DNA from: Patescibacteria group bacterium
GTDB taxonomy: Bacteria > Patescibacteriota > WWE3 > UBA101185 > UBA10185
DNA: 64,000 nucleotides
Direction of reading: 5' to 3'
NCBI GenBank assembly: GCA_016926555.1
Contig: JAFGOI010000004.1
Span: 168,996-232,995 of the forward strand
Shown here: in pieces, positions 1-9,104 of the stretch
How positions within the stretch are numbered: the first letter of the stretch is position 1
Layout: the number at the start of each line of letters is the position of its first letter
Translations under genes and position numbers: made by a program
Notes under the pieces: generated by a model
What the model was told of the DNA's origin: nothing
Seen by the model: only the letters and a program-made list of their open reading frames with translations
Databases searched by the model: none

Positions 1-50
1 ATAAATTCCAAAATTTGTTTTTGTTTTTTATATAAAGTTACTGGACTCAT
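1..50 (-). CDS. lexA: LexA repressor, 5' fragment running off the left window edge
   Basis: Manual translation from ATG at 50 gives MSPVTLYKKQKQILEF(I), resembling LexA N-terminal helix 1 (LTxRQxEILxFI-like). It is divergent from uvrB and has its own promoter. Only about 16 codons are visible. Confidence 0.7.
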   Translation of the reverse strand, partial: MSPVTLYKKQKQILEF

Positions 51-56
51 ATTATA

Positions 57-86
57 AGCATAGCGAACAATACCCGAATATGTCAA
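57..86 (-). promoter_or_regulatory. sigma70 promoter of lexA (leaderless)
   Basis: Minus strand TTGACA (86-81), N18, TATGCT (62-57), then 6 nt to the ATG at 50. Confidence 0.65.
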
Positions 87-100
87 GAATTTTTCCCGAA
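63..100. promoter_or_regulatory. Putative LexA operator array (CCGAA-N6-CCGAA direct repeats)
   Basis: GCGAA(63), CCGAA(74), AAGAA(85) and CCGAA(96) recur with exact 11-bp period between lexA and uvrB. A similar site lies before uvrA. Confidence 0.6.
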
Positions 101-120
101 GATTTGATAAACTTAAACCT

Positions 121-2196
121 ATGTTCAAACTTTACGCCCCCTTCGAACCAACCGGGGACCAACCAAGAGCAATAGATAGAATATCTGAGAACATCGCTAA
201 AGGTATTTCTGATCAAGTGTTGCTAGGTGTAACCGGGAGCGGAAAAACGTATGTAATGGCTAAAGTAATTGAAAAAACCCAAAAACCCGCATTAGTTATT
301 TCTCATAATAAAACTTTAGCTGCGCAGTTGTATCAGGAGTTTAGGGAATTTTTCCCTGAAAACGCGGTTGAGTACTTTGTTAGTTATTATGACTACTATC
401 AGCCTGAAAGCTATATTCCCTCAACTGATACGTACATAGAAAAAGATGCAGATATTAACGAAAGAATTGATAAGCTACGATTATCTGCAACAACCTCATT
501 GATGACAAGAAAGGATGTGATTGTTGTTGCCTCGGTTTCTTGTATTTACAATCTCGGTTCTCCGGTTGAATATTCTAAGTTTGCTATTGAACTTAGGAAG
601 GGAATGAGAATAAGAAAAACGGATTTACTAAAAAGACTATCTCAACTTCAGTATGATAGAAACGAGTTTGAGTTTTCGAGAGGTACTTACAGAGTTACAG
701 GAGATACTATAGATGTATTTCCGGCGTATTTAGATTATGCTTTAAGATTGGAAATACTTAGTGACAGTTTGATTGAAGCATATCCTTTTGATCCACTAAC
801 CGGGGAAGAAATAAGGTTCGACTTTCTCCCGAGTATTAGACAGGGGAGCTCTTCAAGAGCAAATACACAAGATTCAGATGATTACACTAGTCATGCGCTC
901 ACTTCCGGAAATTTGATAATGATTTATCCGGCGAAACACTACATCGCGGCGGAGGATAGGCGCGAGTCAGCGCTAAAACAAATTGAGAATGATCTAGAAG
1001 AGAGGTTGAAAGTTCTAAAATCTGCAGGAAAAGAAATTGAGGCGTATAGACTTAAACAAAGAACCGAATACGATATGGAAATGCTTAGAGAAATCGGATA
1101 CTGCAAAGGGATAGAGAATTATTCGAGATATTTTGACGGCAGAAATTCTGGACAAACCCCTTATTCTCTCATGGACTTTTTTCCGAAAGATTATGTATTA
1201 ATTGTAGATGAGTCTCATATTACGCTTCCTCAAGTTCGTGGTATGTACAATGGGGATTATGCCCGTAAAACTACGTTGATAGATTATGGGTTTAGACTTC
1301 CTTCGGCGCTGGATAACAGGCCACTTAATTTTGATGAGTTTTTGGGTAAAGTAAAACAGGGAGTATATGTAAGCGCTACTCCCGGGGATTGGGAGATAGA
1401 AAGGTCCAAAAGTAATATTGTTGAACTTCTAATAAGACCTACAGGGATAGTTGATCCCGAAGTTGTTATCCGGCCAACAAAGGGACAAATTCAAGATTTA
1501 TCCGACAGGATAACCGAAAGAGTTGGGAGGGGAGAAAGGGTGCTGGTTACGACATTGACAAAGAGAATGGCAGAAGAACTTGCAGGATTCTTATTAGAAA
1601 AGGGAATAAAAGTGACATATCTCCATTCTGATATAGATACGCTAGAAAGAACTGATATTTTGGATAATCTTAGAAAAGGCACATATGATGTTTTAGTGGG
1701 TATAAATCTATTGAGGGAGGGTCTGGATCTCCCCGAAGTTTCTTTGGTAGCAATACTGGATGCAGACAAAGAGGGATTTTTAAGATCAGATAGATCTCTG
1801 ATCCAGACGATGGGTAGGGCCGCGAGACACATATTGGGACAGGTGGTAATGTACGCCGATAATGTGACCGGGAGTATGGAAAGGGCTATAGAAGAGGTAA
1901 GCAGACGGCGAGAAATCCAGATAAAGTACAATGAGAAGTTTGGAATAACACCTCAGCAGATAGTAAAGCCTATAAGAGAGAAACTTATTAATGAAGAATT
2001 GGAGGAGAGCATTTCTAAAGACAAAAAGAAACGTGTTGAAGAAGTTGATTATTCTCAACTTCCGCCAGATGAAGTAGAAAAGGAGGTTACCGATCTGGAG
2101 AAAATGATGAAGTATGAAGCTGAAGTTCTAAACTTTGAGGAGGCGGCAAGACTAAGGGATAAAATTAGAGATATAAGAAAGAAGTATTTGAGTTAA
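121..2196 (+). CDS. uvrB: Excinuclease ABC subunit B
   Basis: GVTGSGKT Walker [13 protein letters not shown] beta-hairpin, [18 protein letters not shown]-terminal UVR motif (FEEAARLRD). Confidence 0.98.
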   Translation: MFKLYAPFEPTGDQPRAIDRISENIAKGISDQVLLGVTGSGKTYVMAKVIEKTQKPALVISHNKTLAAQLYQEFREFFPENAVEYFVSYYDYYQPESYIPSTDTYIEKDADINERIDKLRLSATTSLMTRKDVIVVASVSCIYNLGSPVEYSKFAIELRKGMRIRKTDLLKRLSQLQYDRNEFEFSRGTYRVTGDTIDVFPAYLDYALRLEILSDSLIEAYPFDPLTGEEIRFDFLPSIRQGSSSRANTQDSDDYTSHALTSGNLIMIYPAKHYIAAEDRRESALKQIENDLEERLKVLKSAGKEIEAYRLKQRTEYDMEMLREIGYCKGIENYSRYFDGRNSGQTPYSLMDFFPKDYVLIVDESHITLPQVRGMYNGDYARKTTLIDYGFRLPSALDNRPLNFDEFLGKVKQGVYVSATPGDWEIERSKSNIVELLIRPTGIVDPEVVIRPTKGQIQDLSDRITERVGRGERVLVTTLTKRMAEELAGFLLEKGIKVTYLHSDIDTLERTDILDNLRKGTYDVLVGINLLREGLDLPEVSLVAILDADKEGFLRSDRSLIQTMGRAARHILGQVVMYADNVTGSMERAIEEVSRRREIQIKYNEKFGITPQQIVKPIREKLINEELEESISKDKKKRVEEVDYSQLPPDEVEKEVTDLEKMMKYEAEVLNFEEAARLRDKIRDIRKKYLS

Positions 2197-2269
2197 TTCT
2201 CTATTGTTAAATTTTTTCACTCCTGATACATTCAAACTAGAAGCACTAATAATTCCTGCTACGATATTA

Positions 2270-4456
2270 ATGAAAGAGTACGTTGTATTTATTGCGGATA
2301 TAATAAAAACTGTCGGCTATTTTGTTATATGGCCCATAGATCGTTTTGCCGCTTTTATCACTAATTTAAAAAATAAGTGGAAGAAAAAAGGAAGTAAGGA
2401 AAAACGTAAAGTCTCCAAGAAGAAACCATTTGTAAATACTAAAAAAAGAAAGTCCAGAAACAGACGGAGGGTACAAAAGGCAAAGAGACATAAAATAGTG
2501 TTTCACCCCGGCAGTTTTTTTATGGGTGGACTTATAGTTATAGTGTTCGGATTTGTGCCATACGAGTTTTACAAGTGGTTAAGACAGCTGCCTAATCCCA
2601 GCAATCTGATTGCGGAGAGTATTGGGAATAAATCAACCAAGATTTTGGATAAAGACGGGAGACTTCTTTATGAAATATATGTTGATAAGAAATTCGCCCC
2701 CGTTAAGTTATCTCAAATACCGGAGTCTGTTGTGAGAGCTACTATCGCGGTAGAAGACGATAATTTCTACAAACATAATGGTATAAGATTGGGCAGTATT
2801 GTCAGGGCGGGATTAAAAACTTTTTTTGAGGGCGAAGTGCAGGGCGGTTCAACAATTACACAGCAGTTGATTAAGAATGTTTTGCTGTCACCGGAGCAGA
2901 CTATATCCCGAAAACTAAAGGAAGCAATTCTTTCCATTATTGTCGAAACAAAGTATTCAAAGGATCAAATCTTAGAAATGTATCTGAATAATATTCCGTA
3001 CGGAGGTACTTCCTGGGGAGTTCAGTCTGCCTCTCAGAAATTCTTCGGTAAAAATGTGTGGGAGCTTAATTTGTCAGAGTCGAGTTTATTAGCCGGGTTG
3101 CCCTCGTCACCTTCTAGATACTCCCCGTTGTCTGATTTGGATTTGGCAAAGGAGAGGCAGAAATATGTTTTGAATAGGATGATTGATCTTCACTATATTA
3201 CGCAGGAACAGGCCGATGAGGCTTATGCTGAAGAGCTAGTATTTGCCGAACAGACTGATTATATACAGGCTCCGCATTTTGTTGACTACGTGAGAAGAGA
3301 ACTAGAGGAAAAGTATGGAAGAAGAATGGTGGATTTCGGCGGATTAACAGTGATTACGACACTTGATCTGAGCCTGCACAGGGAGGTACAGAATACTGTT
3401 ACTGACGGGGTAATCGAGAGCGCAAAGTACAGTATAACCAACGGCGCGGCAATTGTTCTAGATACGGAAACTGCGGGGATTTTAGCCTATGTTGGTTCTG
3501 TAGATTATTTTACGGAAGACTGGGGTGCGTATGATGTTATTACGGCTTACAGGCAGCCTGGTTCATCAATCAAACCGCTAACCTACGCGTTGGCGCTATC
3601 AAGTAACTACACTGCAGCGTCTGTACTGAAAGACGCGCCGGTTACGTATAAGATTGAAGGCCAGCCGGATTACAAGCCGGTTAACTATGATGGCAAGTAT
3701 CATGGGGATGTTACCTTGCGGGCCGCTTTAGCCAATTCGTACAATATACCCGCCGTCAGACTTTCAAAAGCGCTGGGCCCGGATAATATCATCTCTTTAG
3801 GCAGAAGCATGGGGCTGTCTAATTGGGAAGTGGACGGTTCGTATGGACTGTCAGTCACGCTTGGTGGGAAAGAAGTGCGGTTATTAGATTTAGCAAATTT
3901 ATACGCGACACTTGGGAGGAAAGGTGTGTATAAAAAAGTTTCCCCGTTTATATCGATAAAAGATAGCAAAGGGTATGAAATATATTGGGATACTAGGGTC
4001 GAAACCCGTCCCGTTTCGGAGGGGGTTGCATATATTTTGTGGAGTATATTATCCGATAATACAGCCAGAACACCCGCGTTTGGTCCGCGCAGTTCTTTGT
4101 ATATTCCAAATTATAAGGTGGCTGTGAAAACGGGTACTACGGATGAAAAGAGGGATAACTGGACACTTGGATTTACTCCCTCGTATACAGTAGGTGTGTG
4201 GGTTGGCAATAATAATAACGATCCTATGAACAGATACTTGGCTTCAGGTTTGAGCGGCGCGGCACCTATTTGGAATGAAATCATTCAGAAAGTTTTGGAG
4301 GGAAAACCAGATGAGAAGCTCAGTATGCCTGAGAATGTATTTATGAAAGTGGACGAATCCTGCAAGCCGGAAAGATCTGAGTTATTTATAAAGGGGTCTG
4401 ATATACCGAGGCATTTGTGTGTGACACAGAGGGATAAAGATGAGAGTGCGGATTAG
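2270..4456 (+). CDS. Class A penicillin-binding protein (transglycosylase/transpeptidase, PBP1A-like)
   Basis: Transglycosylase motifs EDDNFYKHNG, GGSTITQQLIKN and RKLKE. Transpeptidase motifs SSIK (SxxK), SYN and KTGT. N-terminal basic stretch plus TM helix. ATG 2270 preferred over TTG 2204. Confidence 0.93.
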   Translation: MKEYVVFIADIIKTVGYFVIWPIDRFAAFITNLKNKWKKKGSKEKRKVSKKKPFVNTKKRKSRNRRRVQKAKRHKIVFHPGSFFMGGLIVIVFGFVPYEFYKWLRQLPNPSNLIAESIGNKSTKILDKDGRLLYEIYVDKKFAPVKLSQIPESVVRATIAVEDDNFYKHNGIRLGSIVRAGLKTFFEGEVQGGSTITQQLIKNVLLSPEQTISRKLKEAILSIIVETKYSKDQILEMYLNNIPYGGTSWGVQSASQKFFGKNVWELNLSESSLLAGLPSSPSRYSPLSDLDLAKERQKYVLNRMIDLHYITQEQADEAYAEELVFAEQTDYIQAPHFVDYVRRELEEKYGRRMVDFGGLTVITTLDLSLHREVQNTVTDGVIESAKYSITNGAAIVLDTETAGILAYVGSVDYFTEDWGAYDVITAYRQPGSSIKPLTYALALSSNYTAASVLKDAPVTYKIEGQPDYKPVNYDGKYHGDVTLRAALANSYNIPAVRLSKALGPDNIISLGRSMGLSNWEVDGSYGLSVTLGGKEVRLLDLANLYATLGRKGVYKKVSPFISIKDSKGYEIYWDTRVETRPVSEGVAYILWSILSDNTARTPAFGPRSSLYIPNYKVAVKTGTTDEKRDNWTLGFTPSYTVGVWVGNNNNDPMNRYLASGLSGAAPIWNEIIQKVLEGKPDEKLSMPENVFMKVDESCKPERSELFIKGSDIPRHLCVTQRDKDESAD

Positions 4457-4469
4457 GTTCATGTGCACT

Positions 4470-5174
4470 TTAGTTGGAGTTTTGTTCGCTTTCCTCCTTG
4501 GAGGACTCGTCCTCTCTTATTTCGTTTCTCTCCGTTTCCTCCAAACATTTTCTCATAAATGATATTTTTACGTGATTAAACCCTCTTTCTGTATAATGCA
4601 CTCCTTTAGCTAACCACGAGTTGAAGTTGTCTGCGGCTTGTATGCTTAAGTAATGAAGTTCAAATATTCTTGCACCGCGTTCTATCCTGGATCGGAGGTA
4701 GTGTGTCGAATCCGCTATTGTCTGTACTTTGTCATCTAGTACCACATGCGGCCATTTTTCTGCTTGTCGAAGATGATAACATTCATGTCCCGTTGCTGCA
4801 GCTAGTCTATACTGGTGATAATAATATTGATATGGATTCTTTTCCCTATTCTCAGCGGCTTCTAAAAAAGCGGAGATAAAACTTTCCTTAATTGCTAAAT
4901 AAGGATCACGCCATTGACCCGATTCCTCTTCAACACCATAACGTACGGTCATAATGCTTGTTCCGGCAAGATTTTCCTTGATTTCCATACCGGGGTATGG
5001 AATATCTAAAATTTGTTCTAAATTGCATTGGTGCTTTGCTATTTCCTCGATGAAATTTAATTTAACTTCTTCGGAATAGTTTGGGAATCTTTCGTCAAGT
5101 TTAAGATCTTCTGCAATCCTTGCTTTTGTCTCTTCTAAATGAACTTCTTTGGGTGGAGGGGCTTCATAGTTCAT
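4470..5174 (-). CDS. Hypothetical HExxH zinc metallopeptidase-like protein
   Basis: HECYH plus downstream ERGA (gluzincin-like third ligand). Paralogous to the adjacent gene. Confidence 0.65.
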   Translation of the reverse strand: MNYEAPPPKEVHLEETKARIAEDLKLDERFPNYSEEVKLNFIEEIAKHQCNLEQILDIPYPGMEIKENLAGTSIMTVRYGVEEESGQWRDPYLAIKESFISAFLEAAENREKNPYQYYYHQYRLAAATGHECYHLRQAEKWPHVVLDDKVQTIADSTHYLRSRIERGARIFELHYLSIQAADNFNSWLAKGVHYTERGFNHVKISFMRKCLEETERNEIREDESSKEESEQNSN

Positions 5175-5248
5175 ACTAACAATAATAGTACCAAATAAAG
5201 TATGTGTGAGTGGGGATTGAAGCTACTTGTATGTTAAGTATTGTCCTG

Positions 5249-6031
5249 TTAGCTTTCTTCCTCAGGTGACTTGTCCTCCAGGAGAGATTGAACTTTTTCT
5301 TTAATACCAAGAGCAAACATTATCTGCGGTTCGAGTTCTTCGATACATTTTGCCACGAGCGCTCTTTTTCTGTTGCGAAGTTCAAGTCCAACTAAACCTG
5401 CTTTTATGCCGTACCTTTCAAATATATCTTCAGCTTCTTGGGTTTCTAGGTAATAATGTGCAAAGATATTTGCAGATTTTTCTAGGCGTGAATCTGCGTA
5501 CTGTCTATAATCTCCCTCTTTTCTTGTTTGCTCGTATCTAGCGTAAGTATTAGGATACTTTTCGGGATATTTTTCATGTTGCTTTTTGTGAAAAAATTCA
5601 TGAGCTAAACTTTCAGTAAATCTTGCTTTCTCATAATTATACGAAAACGGAGTCAAGCTGGGATGCTCTGCTGCAAGCAGAAATGAAGCGACCCATGACC
5701 GGGATAGAGTAACAAACTCTCCCTTCTGGGTTTCTCCTGTTCTCGGAAATTGCGCTTCTCCATCATACAAATCCATGCCCCTATACTTTTGGCCCCCGAA
5801 ACGTTCTACACAATCCGGTATTCTGTCCCAAATCAAGTAAAAATCGGGAGGTTTCTCTATTTCTAATACGTCCTGTAACCTGCAATGATGTTCTGCAAGA
5901 TGGGAAACCAACCTTTCTTTTGCTTCTTTATTGATTCACGGGAATTCCTCGTCTAGAAATAATCTACTTCGGACCAGCTCTTTAGCTTCTTCGAACCTCT
6001 CTGCTTCGGGTGCTTGGGATTCATACTTCAT
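5249..6031 (-). pseudogene. HExxH paralog interrupted by one in-frame TGA (codon 32)
   Basis: ATG at 6031 lies 6 nt after TATAAT. It reads MKYESQAPEAERFEEAKELVRSRLFLDEEFP*INKEAKERLVSHLAEHHC, collinear with the 4470-5174 protein. TGA at 5938-5936. HEFFH and EKSA motifs retained. Confidence 0.6.
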
Positions 6032-6070
6032 ATGGTTATTATACTAACTTAATAACTAATCTTCACAAAC

Positions 6071-6090
6071 CCGAACAAATACCGTATACT
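6071..6090 (+). promoter_or_regulatory. Putative LexA operator overlapping the uvrA -10 box
   Basis: CCGAA(6071)-N6-CCGTA(6082) overlaps TATACT (6085-6090), which ends 8 nt before the ATG at 6099. Confidence 0.55.
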
Positions 6091-6098
6091 TTATCTCT

Positions 6099-9080
6099 AT
6101 GGACTCAAAACCCGATTACATCAAAATACGGGGTGCTCGTCAGCATAACTTAAAGAATATAGATGTAGATATTCCAAAAAATAAAATGATAGTGTTTACG
6201 GGTGTATCAGGGTCTGGTAAGTCATCTTTAGCGATGGACACTATATATGCTGAAGGCCAAAGAAGATATGTTGAAAGTTTGTCCGCGTATGCCCGTCAAT
6301 TCCTTGGTGTTATGGACAAGCCCGATGTTGATAAAATAGATGGCTTATCTCCCGCTATTGCTATAGATCAGAAAACCACATCAAAAAATCCCAGGTCAAC
6401 CGTAGGTACAGTAACAGAAATATATGATTTTCTGCGGCTGCTATTTGCCCGAGTAGGGCATCCGCACTGCCCGGAATGCGGTAGAGAAATTCAAAGGCAA
6501 AGTGCTGCGGAAATAGTACAAAGTATCTTAAAACTGGTGCAAGAACAAAAGGAGTTCACAACCGAGAGGGGCGTGAGGTTTCTAATTCTGTCTCCAATAA
6601 TTAGGGACAGAAAGGGAGAATATTCTTCGTTGTTTGAAAACTTGGTGAAACAGGGGATTTTAAAAGCCAGAATTGATGGAAAAATAAGGGATATACGCGA
6701 GAAGTTTAATCTCATTAAAACTAATAAACATACTATTGAAGGTCTAATTTCTCGCCATATATATAGCAGGAATAAAGGCGGGGATGTGAGCTATAAAAAG
6801 GATTTTGAGTCGTCACTTTTTCAGTCGGTTGAAACGTCTCTTAGATTATCGAGTGGCAATGTCGTTGTTACAATAGTAACGGATGCCTCTTTTGAGTTTG
6901 ATGATGCCCCGAAAAATACTGAAGACTTTCTGTTTTCGGAAAATTTTGCTTGCCCGGTTTGTAATATTTCACTTTCGGATATTGAGCCTAGAAGCTTTTC
7001 TTTCAATTCTCCCCATGGCGCGTGCCCAACTTGTGACGGACTTGGCACACAAATGCGTATAGACGAGGAAATGTTGGTGAGTCCAACTTTATCAATAATG
7101 GAAGGGGGGATTCTTCCATGGTCGAACTTGTTTGATCATAATACTTGGACGCAGAATGTGATTAGAGCCGTTGCGGAAGATTATGATATTGATCTATCAG
7201 TTCCTATTGGAAAAATGAAACGTGAGAATCTTGAAAAGTTTTTATATGGAGTTCCAGATAGGCGTTTCAAAGTAACATATACTTCGAGAGAAGGTGACAA
7301 AAACACCTATAACGCCAGATTTGAGGGAGTAATTCCCAATATGGCAAGACGTTATAAAGAAACCAAATCTGACTATATAAGAAATGAGATCGAAAAATAT
7401 ATGGTACTCGAACCGTGTCCTGTATGTGAGGGGTCCAGGTTGAAAAAAGAATCCCTATCTATTGTTGTAGCCGGACTAAATATCTCGGAAACCACTGCAA
7501 TGTCTATATTATCAGCCAAAGATTGGGTGTCTAATCTGCCTGGAGTTTTTACAGAAAGGGAGAATCAAATTGCTGAGGTGATTTTGAAAGAAATTAATTA
7601 TAGAATTAGGTTTTTGGTTGATGTGGGTTTGGGATATTTAACGTTAAATCGGGCTTCTGCTCATTTGTCCGGGGGAGAAGCTCAGAGAATAAGACTGGCC
7701 TCCCAGATAGGTACCGGGTTATCAGGAGTATTGTATGTGCTTGATGAGCCTTCAATTGGGTTACACCAAAAGGATCAATCTAAGTTAATAAGCACACTCC
7801 ATCATTTGAGAGACCTTGGGAATACGGTTATTGTTGTTGAGCACGATGAAGAAACTATGCTTGAGAGCGACTATATTTTGGATTTTGGCCCAGGTGCCGG
7901 TTATCACGGCGGAAAAATAATTGCCAAAGGAACTCCGGAGGAAATAAAAGGAAATGAGGAATCATTAACAGGAAGATATTTGGCAAAGAAACTAAAAGTG
8001 GGTAGAAATGGTCACATTGAAAGGAAGAGATTCGAGGAGTTATTGGAAGATGAAAGAAACGGAAAAGTTCAAGAGAAGGTTAACGGAAGATTTCTGTCGT
8101 TAAAAAAAGCCTCAGGTAGGAATCTGAAGAAGATAAATTTGGATATACCTCTTGGAAAAATAGTATGTATTACCGGTGTGTCTGGGTCAGGTAAATCCAC
8201 CTTAATAATGGATACGCTCTATAAGGAACTAAGACATCATTTCGGACTTAAACTTGTTGAGAAACCAGAGGATAACGAAGGTTTAGCAGGAACAGAGTAT
8301 ATTGATAAAGTAATCGCGATTGATCAAAGTCCTATTGGAAGAACACCTAAATCTAATCCGGCAACTTATACAAAGACCTTTGATCATATTCGGCAGCTAT
8401 TTTCAAAGACTCAAGAAGCAAGAATACGCGGATATAGGCCGGGCAGGTTCAGCTTCAATGTAAAAGGCGGAAGATGTGAGGCGTGCGGGGGTGAAGGGCA
8501 GATTAAAATTGAAATGCAGTTTATGCCGGATGTATATGTAAATTGTGAAGTTTGTGATGGGAAAAGATACAATCGGGAGGCTCTGGAAGTCGAGTATAAA
8601 GGTAAGAATATTGCAGATGTCTTAGACATGACTGTTGAAGAAGCACTTAGATTTTTTGATCCTATTCCCCAAATCAGGAGGAAACTTCAGACCCTTTTTG
8701 ATGTGGGATTAGGTTATATACACCTTGGCCAGCCGGCTCCTACCTTATCAGGAGGGGAGGCGCAGAGGATAAAGTTGGCATCTGAATTGTCAAAAAAATC
8801 TACGGGTAGCACACTTTATATTTTAGATGAACCCACAACCGGGTTGCACTTTGCCGATCTGGAAAATCTAATTAGTATCTTTAAAAGGTTAACTGTTAGG
8901 GGCAATACAGTGGTTGTAATAGAACACAACTTAGATATAATCAAAAATTCGGATTGGGTGGTCGACTTAGGACCTGAAGGAGGGGATGCAGGTGGTGAGG
9001 TTGTGTTCGCAGGACCGCTGGAAGAACTTCGTGAACACCCAACATCATACACATCGCAGGCTTTAAATAATTACAAATAG
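6099..9080 (+). CDS. uvrA: Excinuclease ABC subunit A
   Basis: GARQHNLKN, two GVSGSGKS Walker A motifs, two LSGGEAQR signatures, CxxC zinc fingers. Confidence 0.98.
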   Translation: MDSKPDYIKIRGARQHNLKNIDVDIPKNKMIVFTGVSGSGKSSLAMDTIYAEGQRRYVESLSAYARQFLGVMDKPDVDKIDGLSPAIAIDQKTTSKNPRSTVGTVTEIYDFLRLLFARVGHPHCPECGREIQRQSAAEIVQSILKLVQEQKEFTTERGVRFLILSPIIRDRKGEYSSLFENLVKQGILKARIDGKIRDIREKFNLIKTNKHTIEGLISRHIYSRNKGGDVSYKKDFESSLFQSVETSLRLSSGNVVVTIVTDASFEFDDAPKNTEDFLFSENFACPVCNISLSDIEPRSFSFNSPHGACPTCDGLGTQMRIDEEMLVSPTLSIMEGGILPWSNLFDHNTWTQNVIRAVAEDYDIDLSVPIGKMKRENLEKFLYGVPDRRFKVTYTSREGDKNTYNARFEGVIPNMARRYKETKSDYIRNEIEKYMVLEPCPVCEGSRLKKESLSIVVAGLNISETTAMSILSAKDWVSNLPGVFTERENQIAEVILKEINYRIRFLVDVGLGYLTLNRASAHLSGGEAQRIRLASQIGTGLSGVLYVLDEPSIGLHQKDQSKLISTLHHLRDLGNTVIVVEHDEETMLESDYILDFGPGAGYHGGKIIAKGTPEEIKGNEESLTGRYLAKKLKVGRNGHIERKRFEELLEDERNGKVQEKVNGRFLSLKKASGRNLKKINLDIPLGKIVCITGVSGSGKSTLIMDTLYKELRHHFGLKLVEKPEDNEGLAGTEYIDKVIAIDQSPIGRTPKSNPATYTKTFDHIRQLFSKTQEARIRGYRPGRFSFNVKGGRCEACGGEGQIKIEMQFMPDVYVNCEVCDGKRYNREALEVEYKGKNIADVLDMTVEEALRFFDPIPQIRRKLQTLFDVGLGYIHLGQPAPTLSGGEAQRIKLASELSKKSTGSTLYILDEPTTGLHFADLENLISIFKRLTVRGNTVVVIEHNLDIIKNSDWVVDLGPEGGDAGGEVVFAGPLEELREHPTSYTSQALNNYK

Positions 9081-9104
9081 TGTTGTGACTGGTACTACCG
9101 TATA

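Noticed and set aside
5936-5938. Genome-wide UGA recoding (code 25 or 4) or selenocysteine
   Set aside because: Conserved genes end at TGA at their expected C-termini (uvrC, murA, ileS, gatA), Trp is TGG throughout, and no SECIS-like hairpin follows this codon.
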